DNA of 48,839 nt, the filler included, from Catajapyx aquilonaris (lineage: Eukaryota): NCBI GenBank assembly GCA_000934665.2. It is 2 parts of 2 records of this genome, joined end to end, with 100 filler letters (N's around TTAATTAATTAA, not from the genome) between each part and the next. Parts side by side here need not be neighbours in the genome. Positions count along the whole stretch, not along the records: positions 1 to 24,379 come from KZ539367.1; positions 24,480 to 48,839 come from JYFJ02005531.1. One strand, written 5' to 3'. This document shows, in pieces, positions 13,854 to 26,264 of the stretch. The number at the start of each line of letters is the position of its first letter. Position 1 is the stretch's first letter. The notes beneath the pieces were generated by a model, which had not been told where the DNA came from, did not search any database, and was given only the letters and a program-made list of their open reading frames with translations. The position numbers and the translations under genes are program-made.

Positions 13854-14946
13854 TATTGTATTTATGATATTTGTTTGAATACATTGTTTTGTTGCCAATT
13901 TTATTTTTATTTTCTGTCATAACTTATTTCATAGTATATTAGTTTTCTTATTGTTTTTACTCGATTTTTGCATATTAATTTTGAACAATATTAGTGAATT
14001 AGTCTAACTGTCTATTCTATGCTAATATTCGTTTAATTAGTACATACCGATACTTTACTTTCTTCTAAAGATAATAAGCTAAGTGAATTATCATGATTGC
14101 TTCGAAAATGTATGGCTGCATATGATGCAGCGTAAGAGCAGTAGCTATTTCTGGCCTCGATCGAATGGCTACATTAAAGCAGCTATTCCTTGGCTGCAAC
14201 ACAGCTAGCAGCGATTTGTAGCAACTACGCGTCTGGCAGTTGACGGGTTGGACTGCGCAGTTACTTTCACCCCAATCACCGTGGGTCCCAACCTGCTTTT
14301 AACATGAGTTAAGCCTGACTGGGTCACCCTGTAAATTCGATAACAAGAAACCTGGTGGGGTTTGTGTTCGTTCAGCTGTAAACGTTGGGTAAACACAATT
14401 TGACAGCCGTTAATCGGGGATCGTACTCGTGTGTGTGCATGTCTGTGTGAGGGTGGGGAGGGGGGGGGGGGAATGTGACATGTCGGTGCATATGTAGAAC
14501 CGCACTGCCCCCATGTGGACCAATAGGGGAGGCGAGATAGAACCAGGCTTTTCCGCCCCCCTACCCTCCCAACACTAATGAAATGTTTTAGTTGTGCGCA
14601 ATCCTGTAGGTAAATGCTCCAAATTACGGAGGCGTCAACATAAATCACGAGTAATTGTTCCGTTTCGCGCGCTACGTCCATGTTTTTGGCGCTGACCAAA
14701 AGCAATTCCAGGCCGCCGGAAATAGTTTTTATAATACGAGGACGGGAGGGAGGGGGTTGGTCAATATTCTGACCAGGCCCAATTGGACACTTTTTTTTTG
14801 TCCCTACTATTGGCATCCTGAAGATTAATCAATGTCCGGATTCTTAAAGTGGTGTTATAACGTTGTAACCTGTGATTTCAATGCTAAGGGTAACTAATGG
14901 CCTGTTTCTCCAACACTTGGACCGGACCGTTAAGAACAAACCCATA

Positions 14947-15283
14947 CAGGGTGTTTCAACTTTTTTGTCCGAACAGTTATCGCAAAATTGCACGTACCTG
15001 CTACTTTTTAAGCAGCGACTTGCAACCGGTGATTTGTCGGAGGAATGGGGAATGCGGAAAAAGAGGGTCACACATGACACATCCCATGGCATGTGTGACC
15101 CTCTTTTGTCCAGGCTTGACCCTCAATTTTCAGCGGGCAGCACGTATGCCACTTCAACCTACGATTCGCAGGGAATATTCGCCGTTCCTCCGAAAAATCT
15201 CCGCTTGCAAGTCACTGCTTACAAAGTAGCAGCTACGTGCAATTTTCCGATAACTGTTCGGACAAAAAAGTTGAAACACCCTG
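14947..15283. mobile_element. Tc1/mariner-type MITE, family B copy 2
   Basis: TA TSD, CAGGGTG/CACCCTG termini, same internal sequence as the 13524 copy. Confidence 0.88.
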
Positions 15284-16708
15284 TATATGCACATACGATA
15301 TAATGTTCGTATAATGTGAACCTTTGTATGGGTTAGGTTACGTTAAATTGAAAATAACCGTCAGACATTAGTTATGGACATTAACGGTTTGCCATTAGCT
15401 ATTGAAAGCATCGGCTAGCTATTAAATCTAGCTATTAGAAATTAGCTCGCGAGGTAGCTTACCGCGAATTAAGTGGAACGTTAGAGCTTGCTAATTTTTA
15501 ATGGTGGAAAAATTCTAAATATGGTAAGCAAAGTTAGGCCAGGCCAGATTAGGCTATGTTAATTATGCGTGCAGTATACTAAGGAAAACATGAGATGTAT
15601 TTCCAAGACTAGCTGCGTCATCTGGATGCGCACTTCAATAACTCGGACTGTTTTCAAAAACTTTTTTTGTCCTCCTTCAAACTCAGTTATGCGTCATTAA
15701 ATCTTTAACGGGACGTGATTTAGCGTGGCATGAAATGGTCCCCCGGTTATGACCGCAATGAAAATGGATATGTCCTGCCGGGCACTACATTAGTGTCCAA
15801 TTATGGCCAAGGAAGCGCACTGCCTCTGTCTTGTTTCATTCTCTTTTTTTCCCCCTCCCTCCCTGTTATTCATTAAGCAGCTTCGTCTGACTCTAATTAT
15901 TCCAGCGGATCTGACTTGCTAAAATTTTCCTCGCTGCGACTTTTCAAACAGCGGGAGAGAGGCAAGCAAATAAAAAGAGAAGGGAAATCGCCTTTTTTTG
16001 CCGTCGGAGCTTTTTTTTCCCCCTCTTCTTCTGATCGAAAGAAACGCAACCCCCGATAGACTGTCGGTTTTAAACTGTAGCTGCCGAAAATAGTCGGGAG
16101 CGTCAACAGACAGGGGCCAGGGAACTGCCAGCTTTGTCGAGAATGCTCAAGGTGTGCCAGATATATTTAGTCGCGTTCACACGCCCGACCTTTCGAGCCA
16201 GGTAATCCGGCGACGGACAAGCCGCTAGAAACACTCGGATTACCTTTCAAGCAAATCCTAATATTGGCAACTAATATTTTCAACAACCTCTGAAACTAGC
16301 CACTGAAAAGTACCCGTTAAATTGGCAATTGAAAAGTAGCTGGTAGAAAGTAGCCATTGAAAATAGCTATGAAAGCACCTGTTCGAAATTAGCCATTGAA
16401 AGTAACTGTTAATTGACTATCAATAATAAAATTGATACATGATATTTATGAAAGGTAAAGTATAGGTCGGATTACTTGTCAAGCCAACCTCCATATAATT
16501 GGCAACCAATATTTTAAACACCCTCTGAAATTAGCCACTGAAAAGTAGCAATTTAAATTGGCCACCTAAAAGTAGCTATTCGAAATGTTCTCGAAAATAA
16601 CTGCTAATCAGCTACCGAAAGAGTCTGGTCGAAAGTAGTTATCAAACAAGATACTGTTAATTACATATCGAAAATAAGCATTAGGCACTAGTTATGGAAG
16701 GTTACTAA

Positions 16709-17595
16709 CAAGGGAAGGTCACGGGGTGATAATGACGGATCTTGATGAAATTGGACATGCTAATACAGCACAATATATGATGCCCAAAAATGAAATATTT
16801 CGTGCTGACGTCCATATTTGCAGAAGTTATGACGTCTTAAAGTTCCAAAAATAATACATTTTCATACTCCATGGGATTACATTAGCGACCACATATAATG
16901 ACATTGAAGTGTGTAATCAGTTTCTAGACCTTTTCTCGTCGGAAAAAAGTCCTACAGAACTGCTCTGGCCGTCCGTCCGTCCGTCTGTGGACAGGTATAA
17001 AGGCCTAAACCGTAAGAGATAGCGACAAACGGTTTTCATATTCGGATTGAGAGTGACCAAAATAGGTTTCATGGTCAACTCCTGGTGACCCGCCACTTCC
17101 GGTCTTCCGGGTTCACTCTATCCGCACAAGTCTATACTTTACGGGCGGGTTATCGTTGGATTTCGAAGTTAGTTTCCGTGTATTCCTGACCGTGTTTTTC
17201 GGGGATTTACTCCGGGTTTTACCTGACTCTCTGGCACAGGGGCAGTGGAATTTATTCCTGACGTTGGACATGTTTGCAATGAGTGTCATCGGCCGCCATG
17301 ATGTTATCGCCCAAGCCGATACTGGAATCGATATGTTGCCTAGGTTACGATATATCGATTCACATGCTAAAAAGGTCTAGAAACTGATTACACACTTCAA
17401 TGTCATTATATGTGGTCGCTAATGTAATCCCATGGAGTATGAAAATGTATTATTTTTGGAACTTTAAGACGTCATAACTTTTGCAAATATGGACGTCAGC
17501 ACGAAATATTTCATTTCTGGGCATCATACATTGTCCTGTATTAGCATGTCCAATTTCATCAAGATCCGTCATTATCACCCCGTGACCTTCCCTTG
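16709..17595. mobile_element. Non-autonomous TIR element with ~220-bp TIRs and TAA TSD, superfamily uncertain
   Basis: TAA-CAAGGGAAGGTCACGGGG...CCCCGTGACCTTCCCTTG-TAA; the interior has (GTCC)n and a segment shared with about 39290-39392. Confidence 0.8.
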
Positions 17596-18049
17596 TAAGA
17601 AAATAGTTAACCGGTAGAAAATTAATATTAAATGTAATCGTTACGCATTAGCTATTAAATGCAATTGCTACCCATTAGCTATTAAATATGCCTGCCAGAC
17701 AAGCTATTAAAGTAGCTATTTGAAATTAGCTGTAGATTATAAATGTTAATTAGATGTCGAAGATATAACAGTTAGACATTGGTTATGGTCTTATGGAATG
17801 TACTGTACCTGATAGAAATAATAGCTAACTGGTAGAAAATAAATATTAACAGCAACTGTTACGCATTCGCTATTAAAAGTGATTGTCGGACATTAGCTAT
17901 TAAAGTAACTATTTGAAATTAGCTATTGATTATTATAACGTCATTAGATGTCGAAGATAACAGACATTAGTTATGGGAGGTGTCTCTTAGAAAATAGTAA
18001 TTGAAAGTAACTGCTATGTATTAGCAAGTAAAATACCTTTTGCATTATA

Positions 18050-18136
18050 CAGGGTGTTCCAAGTTCATGGGTCACTTCTTGATAACTGCTATCGGGCGAT
18101 ATCTGTTGTCAAGAAAGTGACCCATGAACTTGGAAC
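18050..18136. mobile_element. Small Tc1/mariner-type palindromic MITE whose right TIR is split by the P-like element
   Basis: TA-CAGGGTGTTCCAAGTTCATGGGTCACTT...AAGTGACCCATGAACTTGGAAC; the TIR resumes as (C)ATCCT after 19281. Confidence 0.7.
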
Positions 18137-19273
18137 CAAGGTGGTAACTACTCCACTGAAAAGTGTACACTTGTACACTGGAGTACCAAATTCAAGGAGT
18201 ACCGAGGAGTACTAAAGAGTAAGGTACGTAAGGAGTACCTGGGAGTACTAAAGCGTAAGGTACAGTACCAAAGAGCTTAATACTAGGAAGAGTGGAAAAA
18301 ACGGTTTCCAAGCGTCGCCACTTTTTGGCCAGTTGTTTAGTCAACGTTGTTTGGCTGTCGGCCACTACGCGGCGCCACCGTCGAGTGCTGTCGAGATGAA
18401 TTTCAATACACTGTGTTGATTTAATATCAAGAGGCACATAATTAAGAGTTATAAATCTAAAAACTGACCAATATGAGGTCGTATGGGGTTAAGGAACTAA
18501 TATTGGACCCGAAACTGATATTCTGCGCAGCTGGCCACCCTGCACCTAACAATACAAATAATCACCTCGTTGCTTAGAAATCACGTTCGAATTTCGAAAT
18601 TGAACAAGTTCCTTTGCCGGCATAGTGTGGCGCAGACGTTCGGGTGCCGCGTGCTACTACTGCTGTTCGCTCACAGGGTCTGGGATCACATTCTTTTCGT
18701 TACCAAAGGGCCCTCCACGGTTCTCGAGTTCACGGGAAGAAGAACAAGCCCGTCCCGCCACGACAAGATGGCAGCGGGGGGTATATCTTCCTGTCATGTG
18801 ACCATGTTCAGCATCATTATCAGTGTGTACCTTGGTGTGTATTGTATAGAGCAGAGTGTGGGATTGTAGTGGAAATCAATAAACTTCTGGCAAATAATAT
18901 TTGCTTTTCGTGATGGTTTTTTATTCACAGGTCTTCTGCAACGTGTTTTGTCGGCAATTTGACGGGAATATACTAGTACTTATGACTTATTTCCAACCTC
19001 TGGGGCTTTTATTGCCATATTTCCGGCACTGTCTCGATCTACCGTATTGTACAACACAGTATCGAGTTTGGCTGTCGATCGCCAGGTGGCAGGTCAGTCG
19101 ATTGGAGACACGGTTGCTATGCTACCAGCTGTTTTTTCCACTCTTCCTAGTATTAAGCTCTTTGCACTGTACCTAAGGAGCACCTGGGAGTACTAAAGAG
19201 TAAGGTACCTAAGGAGTACGTGGGAGTACCACTCGCGGGTGTACACCGGAGTACCGAAGTGGTTACCCCCTTG
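18137..19273. mobile_element. Non-autonomous P-superfamily-like DNA transposon
   Basis: 8-bp TSD CTTGGAAC (18129-18136, 19274-19281); termini CAAGGTGGTAAC / GTTACCCCCTTG; subterminal GGAGTAC repeats; internal inverted AAAGAGCTTAATACTAGGAAGAGTGGAAAAA; THAP-like remnant near 18625-18780. Confidence 0.7.
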
Positions 19274-20670
19274 CTTGGAACATCCTAGTGAAAAGGAGCT
19301 GCGTGAAATTAGCTGATTATAGTGTGGCTTTGGTGGAAAGTCATATAACTGGCTAGTTTTGAAGGGTTGAAAAATTGTAAGTGGAAAAAAGCAAGGGTGC
19401 GAACGAGCCGACTAATAGTTAGGTAGGGGTCGGATGGATGAAGAGGAGCACACCAGGCTTGATGAATGCCTGCAATGCGTCGTCGGAGGCTTCCAGGAGA
19501 ATCATCATCTGGCCACCCTGCTTCCCTCCCTCCCTCCCTTCTTGGAAGCTTTTCCCTCCACCACTAACCCTGCCACCCTGCTCCCACCCACCGGGTCCTC
19601 TCATCCCTTTTTCCGGGGAGCCGAGATCAGCCGACTGTGAAATTAGGCTGTCAGTAATTGGTTTTCTCAGGACCCGGACAGGGTTGTGACTCTCAGCTAC
19701 AGGAAACGCCGCCGACGCGACGCTTGGAAAATACAGGGACTGGCTGCCTGCACCTGGTACCCCTTGAGCCACTCACTATACGTCATCGAAAATGGGAGTG
19801 GCCACAGTGGTACCAGGTCATATCGTAAGGGCTGCACCTGGTACCCACCCAGCCACTATACGTCATCAAAAGTGGGCTGGACTACACTGGTGCCAGATCA
19901 TGTCACACATTACTCGAATCAGGCTAACAGTAGAGCTGAAACCTTCAAAACGTTGCTGGGGCACACAACTTTGACTCGGCCAGTACATTTTCCTGTTAGC
20001 ACGAGTTAGGATGCCACTCTGACATTGTATGAATGGAAAAGTTTGTTGAAAAGCCGAGTGGGTGGGTGGGCTGCTTCTCCTCTTCTATATCTCTGAGAAA
20101 ACTAGGTTTTGCGAAAGGTTGTAATTGGCCTGGGGGAGGAAATGCTCCCTCCCTCCTTCCCTCTCCTTCCTCCACCCCCTACCTAGTAGGAGGAAAAGAG
20201 TGAGTTTTGTAATAAAAGCTCCCGGAATTTTGGCCGCAGGTTTGCTTTAAGACTTCAAAGGCCGTAATGTCCTCTTGATGCCATCCAAGTGAAGTTTTCT
20301 CCACAAGTTTGAAGAGAGACGTCTGTCTGTCATCAAAAATATAGATGGAAAGAGCAGGGAATTTTTGGTGGAAGAAAATGTATGTGGGCGAAAATATATG
20401 GTGTGTACTAACCTCTTAACCAGCCGTTAACTGAATAAGTCGTTGACATTTAAACTCTTAACCGTCTGTTATAAATGTGGAGACATTGGCCATTATCGCA
20501 TGTTGTGTCTTCTCGGGTGAATTGGAATGGTAAAATAATCTAGCCAAAACGTGGCAAAACTGTCCACGTAGTACCATATCCCTCGCATATATGTATCCCT
20601 CGGACAAACAGACACAGACCGAAGCCAACTGTATATATACGTATGATTTTTAAAGTGTTTGCTGATGATA

Positions 20671-20692
20671 TTAATTTCTCTTTGCAGGTAAG
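20671..20692 (+). promoter_or_regulatory. Candidate recursive splice site (zero-length exon, AG|GT ratchet point)
   Basis: TTAATTTCTCTTTGCAG|GTAAG: a consensus acceptor immediately followed by a consensus donor. Confidence 0.5.
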
Positions 20693-21956
20693 CCGACGCT
20701 TTTTTCCGGCCCGAGTAAGGTACTGTCATGCGGGTTATACCACCCGGTTAGTATCTGTGAGTATTCCTGTGGGTTTCCTTTGGTTAACCGGGCCCGTAAA
20801 TCGAGTGTGTACCGGGGGGTTGGTTGGCGTGCGATGCAAAAAGGGCAGTTCCGTGCGGATGGTTGGTCACGCGAACGCGTCTTCTTCAATCACCAGTTAA
20901 TAATCGCTATCTAAACGATCGCTTCCTGCTCGTGTGTAAACGAGGGATTAAGGTCTTCAAGTGAGGCACAGCCCACGCCACATGTTACGCGATCCTCATG
21001 CGATATATGTATGTTCTCGCTCTATGTGCTGCTATGTCCAGCAGTGTGTGTGGTGTGGCCGAAATCCCGAATTAGAAGCGTTTATTGTGCGAAGAGAGAA
21101 TTTGCGAGGCTCGTCAATAACTGTGGGTTTGTAATGGAGGTTGTGGGTGGGTGAGGGGTGGGTGTAACGGAGGAGCGGACATATTTCACGTGCGCTTGAT
21201 TAAGTGCTTTGGATCCACCCCGATTGTTCCATATCACGACACTAGTCGATGGGTGTGTATACATATCCGACCCAACCCGAACTTTGCAATTGTTACACGG
21301 AGATTGGGTGCAGAAATAGCACAGTTTTGCAAATTGTCAAAAAGTAGTCGAAAATTGAAAAAATCGCGCAGCTATTGGTGTATAGGTCAGACTGATAAAG
21401 AGCGATGTTACCAGCGATTTAACATCGAAAATCGTAAGCTGTTAAATTAACATATATATGTAACCAATATAATAATTTTGAGTCCACGATTTTTTTGCAA
21501 AATATCGCTTTTGACTTATTATCAAAAAATTAGTCGAAAGGAAAAATCGCGAGGATGTATAATAACAGCAATTTTCACTGCTACTGAAAATAGCGCTTCA
21601 CGGCGTCATATCATCGAAACTTCGAATTTGTTAAAATACGGTAATATTTATTAACATGTAACAAGTACAGTATTAAATTTTGGAAGGCCGTAATATTTTT
21701 TGCGAAATATTTCACTGCGTCACTTCTAGTAGCAGCAAGCAAAAACATTGGTGTTATTATAACAGCAGCGAATTATGTAACTGCTACTGAAGAATAGCGA
21801 TTAACTGTGTTTTAGCAGCAACACCTCACCATCTGTTCGAGGCACGAACAGTACTTTCAATTGCTACAGCTTCATTAAGATTTTAGTCTCACTGGAAAAC
21901 ATCTAACTAAGCATACAGTTAAAGTCCCTCTTACATGAAAAGCACGGCCTTGCAGG

Positions 21957-22043
21957 AAAATCACTGCTTTGGCTTGATTTATTGGTTGATCAGCTGCAAG
22001 TTGCAGCTGATCAACCAATAAATCAAGCCAAAGCAGTGATTTT
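21957..22043. repeat. 87-bp essentially perfect palindrome (MITE core)
   Basis: AAAATCACTGCTTTGGCTTGATTTATTGGTTGATCAGCTGCAA-G-TTGCAGCTGATC...GCAGTGATTTT. Confidence 0.85.
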
Positions 22044-22795
22044 AAAGAAGCTGCTTTAAAGCTGTACCAGAAACAGTTATGCATCAACAGGACCTTCAAC
22101 TATAGCGAATGTGTAGTATTTTTCCACCGTTCTCCTGTAAAGAGTCGTGTGGCGGTAGTGTGTGCCGCAAGCGGTGGCACGTTTTTCCTGCCAGATAAGC
22201 CATCTTGATCTGCGACACGCCATTGCACATGTGACGTGTCACTAACAAGATAACTGCACTCGCGCATATTACCTTCGCCCGTTGGGTACACCAGCACGGA
22301 TTTACGACCAAAGACAATGGATTAGGAATCCAACATTTCACAGGGCGAATCAAAACACTATTCCTGACTCCTGCATCATTTTTAGACAAATGTATGACCG
22401 TCACTTGCGACACACCCTGTACACCACATTGCAATTACATCCGTGCATGTAACACGACCACATCACGTACCTTCCAAAACCCCCCCGTGAGTTCCAAACC
22501 CCCAAACCCCCTCCCGAAATGAATGATTACTGCGAACGGCAAACGGAAATTAATCCCATACATATTTAACCTGTCTGCACTAAATGTTTGATGCTAATGA
22601 AACCTCGGTACGGAGGATGAACGTCATGTATTTGGGGTGTACCCGGGTACAACGACCGGTATGACTGTCACGTCTGAATAGGGGGAATCAGTGGTACAGT
22701 TGCAGGGAATGTTACTTGATAGTTAGGGACATTCACGCTTTTCCCGGACGCGAGTTCCAGGCATGTCCGGTTGCGCTAATAAAAATTCAAATACA

Positions 22796-23200
22796 TGTTC
22801 AAGTGTCGTTTTAACGGTTATTAATAGCAGTGATTTTTAGCCATTCATGTAGCAGCTCCGTCCGAACAGTACATATTACACAATTATACTGCTCAGACGT
22901 AGCTGCTACATGAAAGGCTAAAAATCACTGCTATTCATAACAGTTAAAACACAGGTGTTACATGCGAACGTACAGGGTGTTCCAGGTTCAAGTGTCGACA
23001 CTTAAGTTTCAACTTAAGTTTCACTTAAGTTTCAGGTTCAAGTGTCGTTTAACGGTTATGAATAGCAGTGATTTTAGCCATTCATGTAGCAGCTACGTCT
23101 GAACAATATATATTACATATACTGTTCGGACGTAGCTGCTACATGAAAGGCTAAAAGTCACTGCTATTCATAACCGTTAAAACGACACTTGAACCTGTAA
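22796..23200. mobile_element. Two adjacent palindromic MITE copies related to the 8255 element
   Basis: GTTCAAGTGTCGTTTTAACGGTTA...TAACCGTTAAAACGACACTTGAAC hairpins at about 22796-22950 and 22973-23200; TACAGGGTG at 22971. Confidence 0.75.
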
Positions 23201-24659
23201 CACATGTGTATAACATCTCTATATACGAGCGTATAGTATATGCCACCTCAGTGTGTGGTTATTTAGCTTCCATCGTGGGTTCAGATTGGTCCATTCCACC
23301 ACCCTTTTTTTTTGAGTGGGTGTGGGTTGAACCTATCGCCAGCAGGACACCCCTTGATGGAAAGTTGGGAGCGATTTCCCGAGTTGGGAGGGGGGGAACC
23401 CCCGGTTTCCCCTGCTGCTGGGTTTTTCACCATCGCAAACGCTCTGCAGTGGAGGCTGGGTTGGGTGGGAGAGGAACGGACTAAAACGGGGGTCTCCAGG
23501 GCAATGAAGATATCAGGTGGCGAGCCCTGTCTGTCGGTTGTGTTGCAGGGGACCACTCTGTTTCCATCAAAACTCGCGCAAATTTGTTGTTTCACAGGGA
23601 GCGCCTCTCCCTCCCTTTTTGCGGCCATCATGCAAAAATCCAGTTGGGAATAGTCCTGCCCGCTCCCCATCCAATCAAAAAAAGGAGTCAAAATTGGATA
23701 TATTCCGTCTACACAGAGTGGGCATTGGGAACGATCATTGTTACATCTGCACTCGTTTTGTTCCAGTTACAATGCGGATCCCAGGTCTGAACACACGGGG
23801 AAGAATAGGGCCGACTATTATTTGTAGGGGGTTTCCATTGGTGGGTATGAAAGAGACGAAATCAACGTCGGTACATGGTGCAGGTGAAATAGACCTCGTT
23901 ACATCTATTTGTTATACGTAGTCTGCATTGTGCCTCCAAATTATTCATATATACACCTGTACTAGGCTACGTAAGATAAGCTAAACCTTACTTAACCTAG
24001 ACTAGTAGAGAGGTCGGTTGGGTTAGGTTTAATTTACACTAGGAAAACCCTCGCTCCGCTCGTATTTTCCTAGGGCGCAGGCCAAAAAAACCACTCGCTT
24101 CGCTCGCTCTTTTCTAGGCCTGCGGCCTGCGGTGTAGGTCATGTTCTTACTGATGCTCATCCAACAATTATTCGCATCATACTCCCCTCCCCCCGACCTC
24201 TCTCCCGCCTGCCTCCCCCCCTCCTTATATTAAACCTCTGACGTCATAATTATTATTATGTCCTGAGGGTTTTTGAATTTGGCGCTCGAGGATGTGCATA
24301 GAGAAGGCGACCTTTGCGGTGCCAAACCCAGTTCAATATGCTCCTGCCATCTCTTGGATGGTGACTCAACCACCATAGCNNNNNNNNNNNNNNNNNNNNN
24401 NNNNNNNNNNNNNNNNNNNNNNNTTAATTAATTAANNNNNNNNNNNNNNNNNNNNNNNNNNNNNNNNNNNNNNNNNNNNCTGTCCGCAAAGGGGAGGGGG
24501 GGAGGTAAAAAAGTGAAAAAATCTGTCCGCGCGGATTATGGACGGCCCCATACCTCTGGTGACAGATTACAGTTCTGTTGGCATCAGTAGTTGGCGGCAA
24601 TTTTTTTTTTTTGCTGCTGTCGACATATGACGACATCAGATCTCAGGAGGTTGTAGCAG

Positions 24660-25295
24660 CTACTGAGATGAACTGGGTTGTTTAGTTTTCCATAGTTAGG
24701 CAATGTCCGGTTTCATGGATAGCTGCAGAAAACTGCCATTTAGTGCTTCGAAGCGGCTTGGTTTTAGTTGCTGCATAGGCAGTAAATCCTGATTCACACA
24801 AATAAGTGGTAGGAAAAGGAAAATATTTTTAAAAAATTGGTAAGTGGTTAAAATACATCTTTTAAACTTAGCCAAAATTATGAACAAGACTTAGTTTGCA
24901 AGGCAATATAGTGTATTTTCAAAGTGGTGTCAGGCTAATGCTTTTGAGGCATTCACATTTCGGTGATGTCATACAGGTTGGTTTTGAAGTAACCGCAAAT
25001 GCATTGATCATGCATCTAGTCATGCTCCGTCAGTGTTACCTCCCTGGCAGTTGGAAAATACTGTACTTCTCGAAGGAATCGGTCAGACATCAAAGGTGCT
25101 CGGGAACTTGTGCCTCCGACTCATGTTCTTCTTGTATCTCTTTCATAAATGGAAGATGCTCAAGGCTGCCACCTTCTATGAATTCGGTCCATAACTGCAG
25201 TTTTATTTTAAATTAGCGCACTCTTTCGCTTGCATCAAAAACCGTAAGAGCCATTATTCCTTGTAGTCGATTTGACATTCCTATGTTAGTCCACC
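24660..25295 (-). pseudogene. Fossil hAT (Buster/Charlie, ZBED5-like) transposase C-terminal part
   Basis: Minus-strand translation with stops and frameshifts: NRLQG..LTVFDASERVR*FKIKLQLW..., FPTTYLCESGFTAYAATKTK (dimerisation motif), LQLSMKPDI. Confidence 0.82.
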
Positions 25296-25694
25296 AAACC
25301 TAGAAATGTTGTTTCCTATAAACTTTTATTATTGATTTTCATACCCATGGGGTCCCTCAACAAATTAAACTTGGTTGTCGCGTCGACAACTTTGGGCAAC
25401 TACAGCAATAACCATATATCCAAGATGGCCGACCGAAAGAGTGTGAATGTCATATTCTTGTCTTGCATTGCACCTAGGAAGGTTATTTTTCATTTATCTG
25501 TTCCATTTCCAACCCACCACTTCATTGGAAACGTCATTAATGATCAAAATTAAACTTGGTGGCCATATTGCAAGATGGCGACCCATTATATACAGTAACC
25601 GTCAGATACGTTACAGATCATAATAAACGCCTGGAAATGTCATACAAACTAAAATTGAGAATCTGTTATTAATTCTGATTAGTATTTTGCAATA

Positions 25695-26102
25695 TATAAT
25701 AATAATAATAATAATTAATAATAATAATAATGGATACCCGTGAGTTTTCTCATAAGTTTTATTAGTTCATATGTTGGGTTAGCTTGCGTCTCCCTTCATC
25801 GCTGACTACCCCTCATAGGGAAATGTCGTGTTGTTGTTGTTGTTGTTGATACCCCGTGATAGGCCTCCTTGGGCCTCTTAGGGGATCATCTTTTGAATAA
25901 CCGTCTTTAATCATTGCCTTTGCTGTGATGGATTTTGATTGCGGAAGGAAACGGGAGAACCCCGCGAAAACCCACGCGAACACGGAGAGAACCCATCGAA
26001 ACTCTATCCACATCATTATCCTCTGTCCGATCCGGGGATCGAACTCGGGACCTTATAGAGGTGGAAGGCTGCGGCGCTAACCACTCCGCCACCGTGTCGC
26101 CC
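25695..26102 (-). mobile_element. Same SINE family (copy 2) with a ~110-bp secondary insertion in its tail
   Basis: TSD TATTTTGCAATA at 25683-25694 and 26103-26114; (TAA)n tail; extra segment 25741-25847 ending in (TTG)n. Confidence 0.85.
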
Positions 26103-26264
26103 TATTTTGCAATACGAGTATATTATTAACCAAGTAGGTTACACATAATGAAAGAGTATTCATTAGAATGACGTAACAGTAACTCAGAATATAATCATTA
26201 CACAAGTAACCATATCTAAAGAACGGCAATAGTGACACAAAGAAAGCATTTAAATGAATTTAGT

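Noticed and set aside
23700..23930. RING-finger remnant (CPLC on the minus strand)
   Set aside because: Upstream Cys/His spacing cannot be reconstructed, and all frames have stops.
24380..24479. TTAATTAATTAA island between N runs
   Set aside because: Most likely an assembly or scaffolding artefact.
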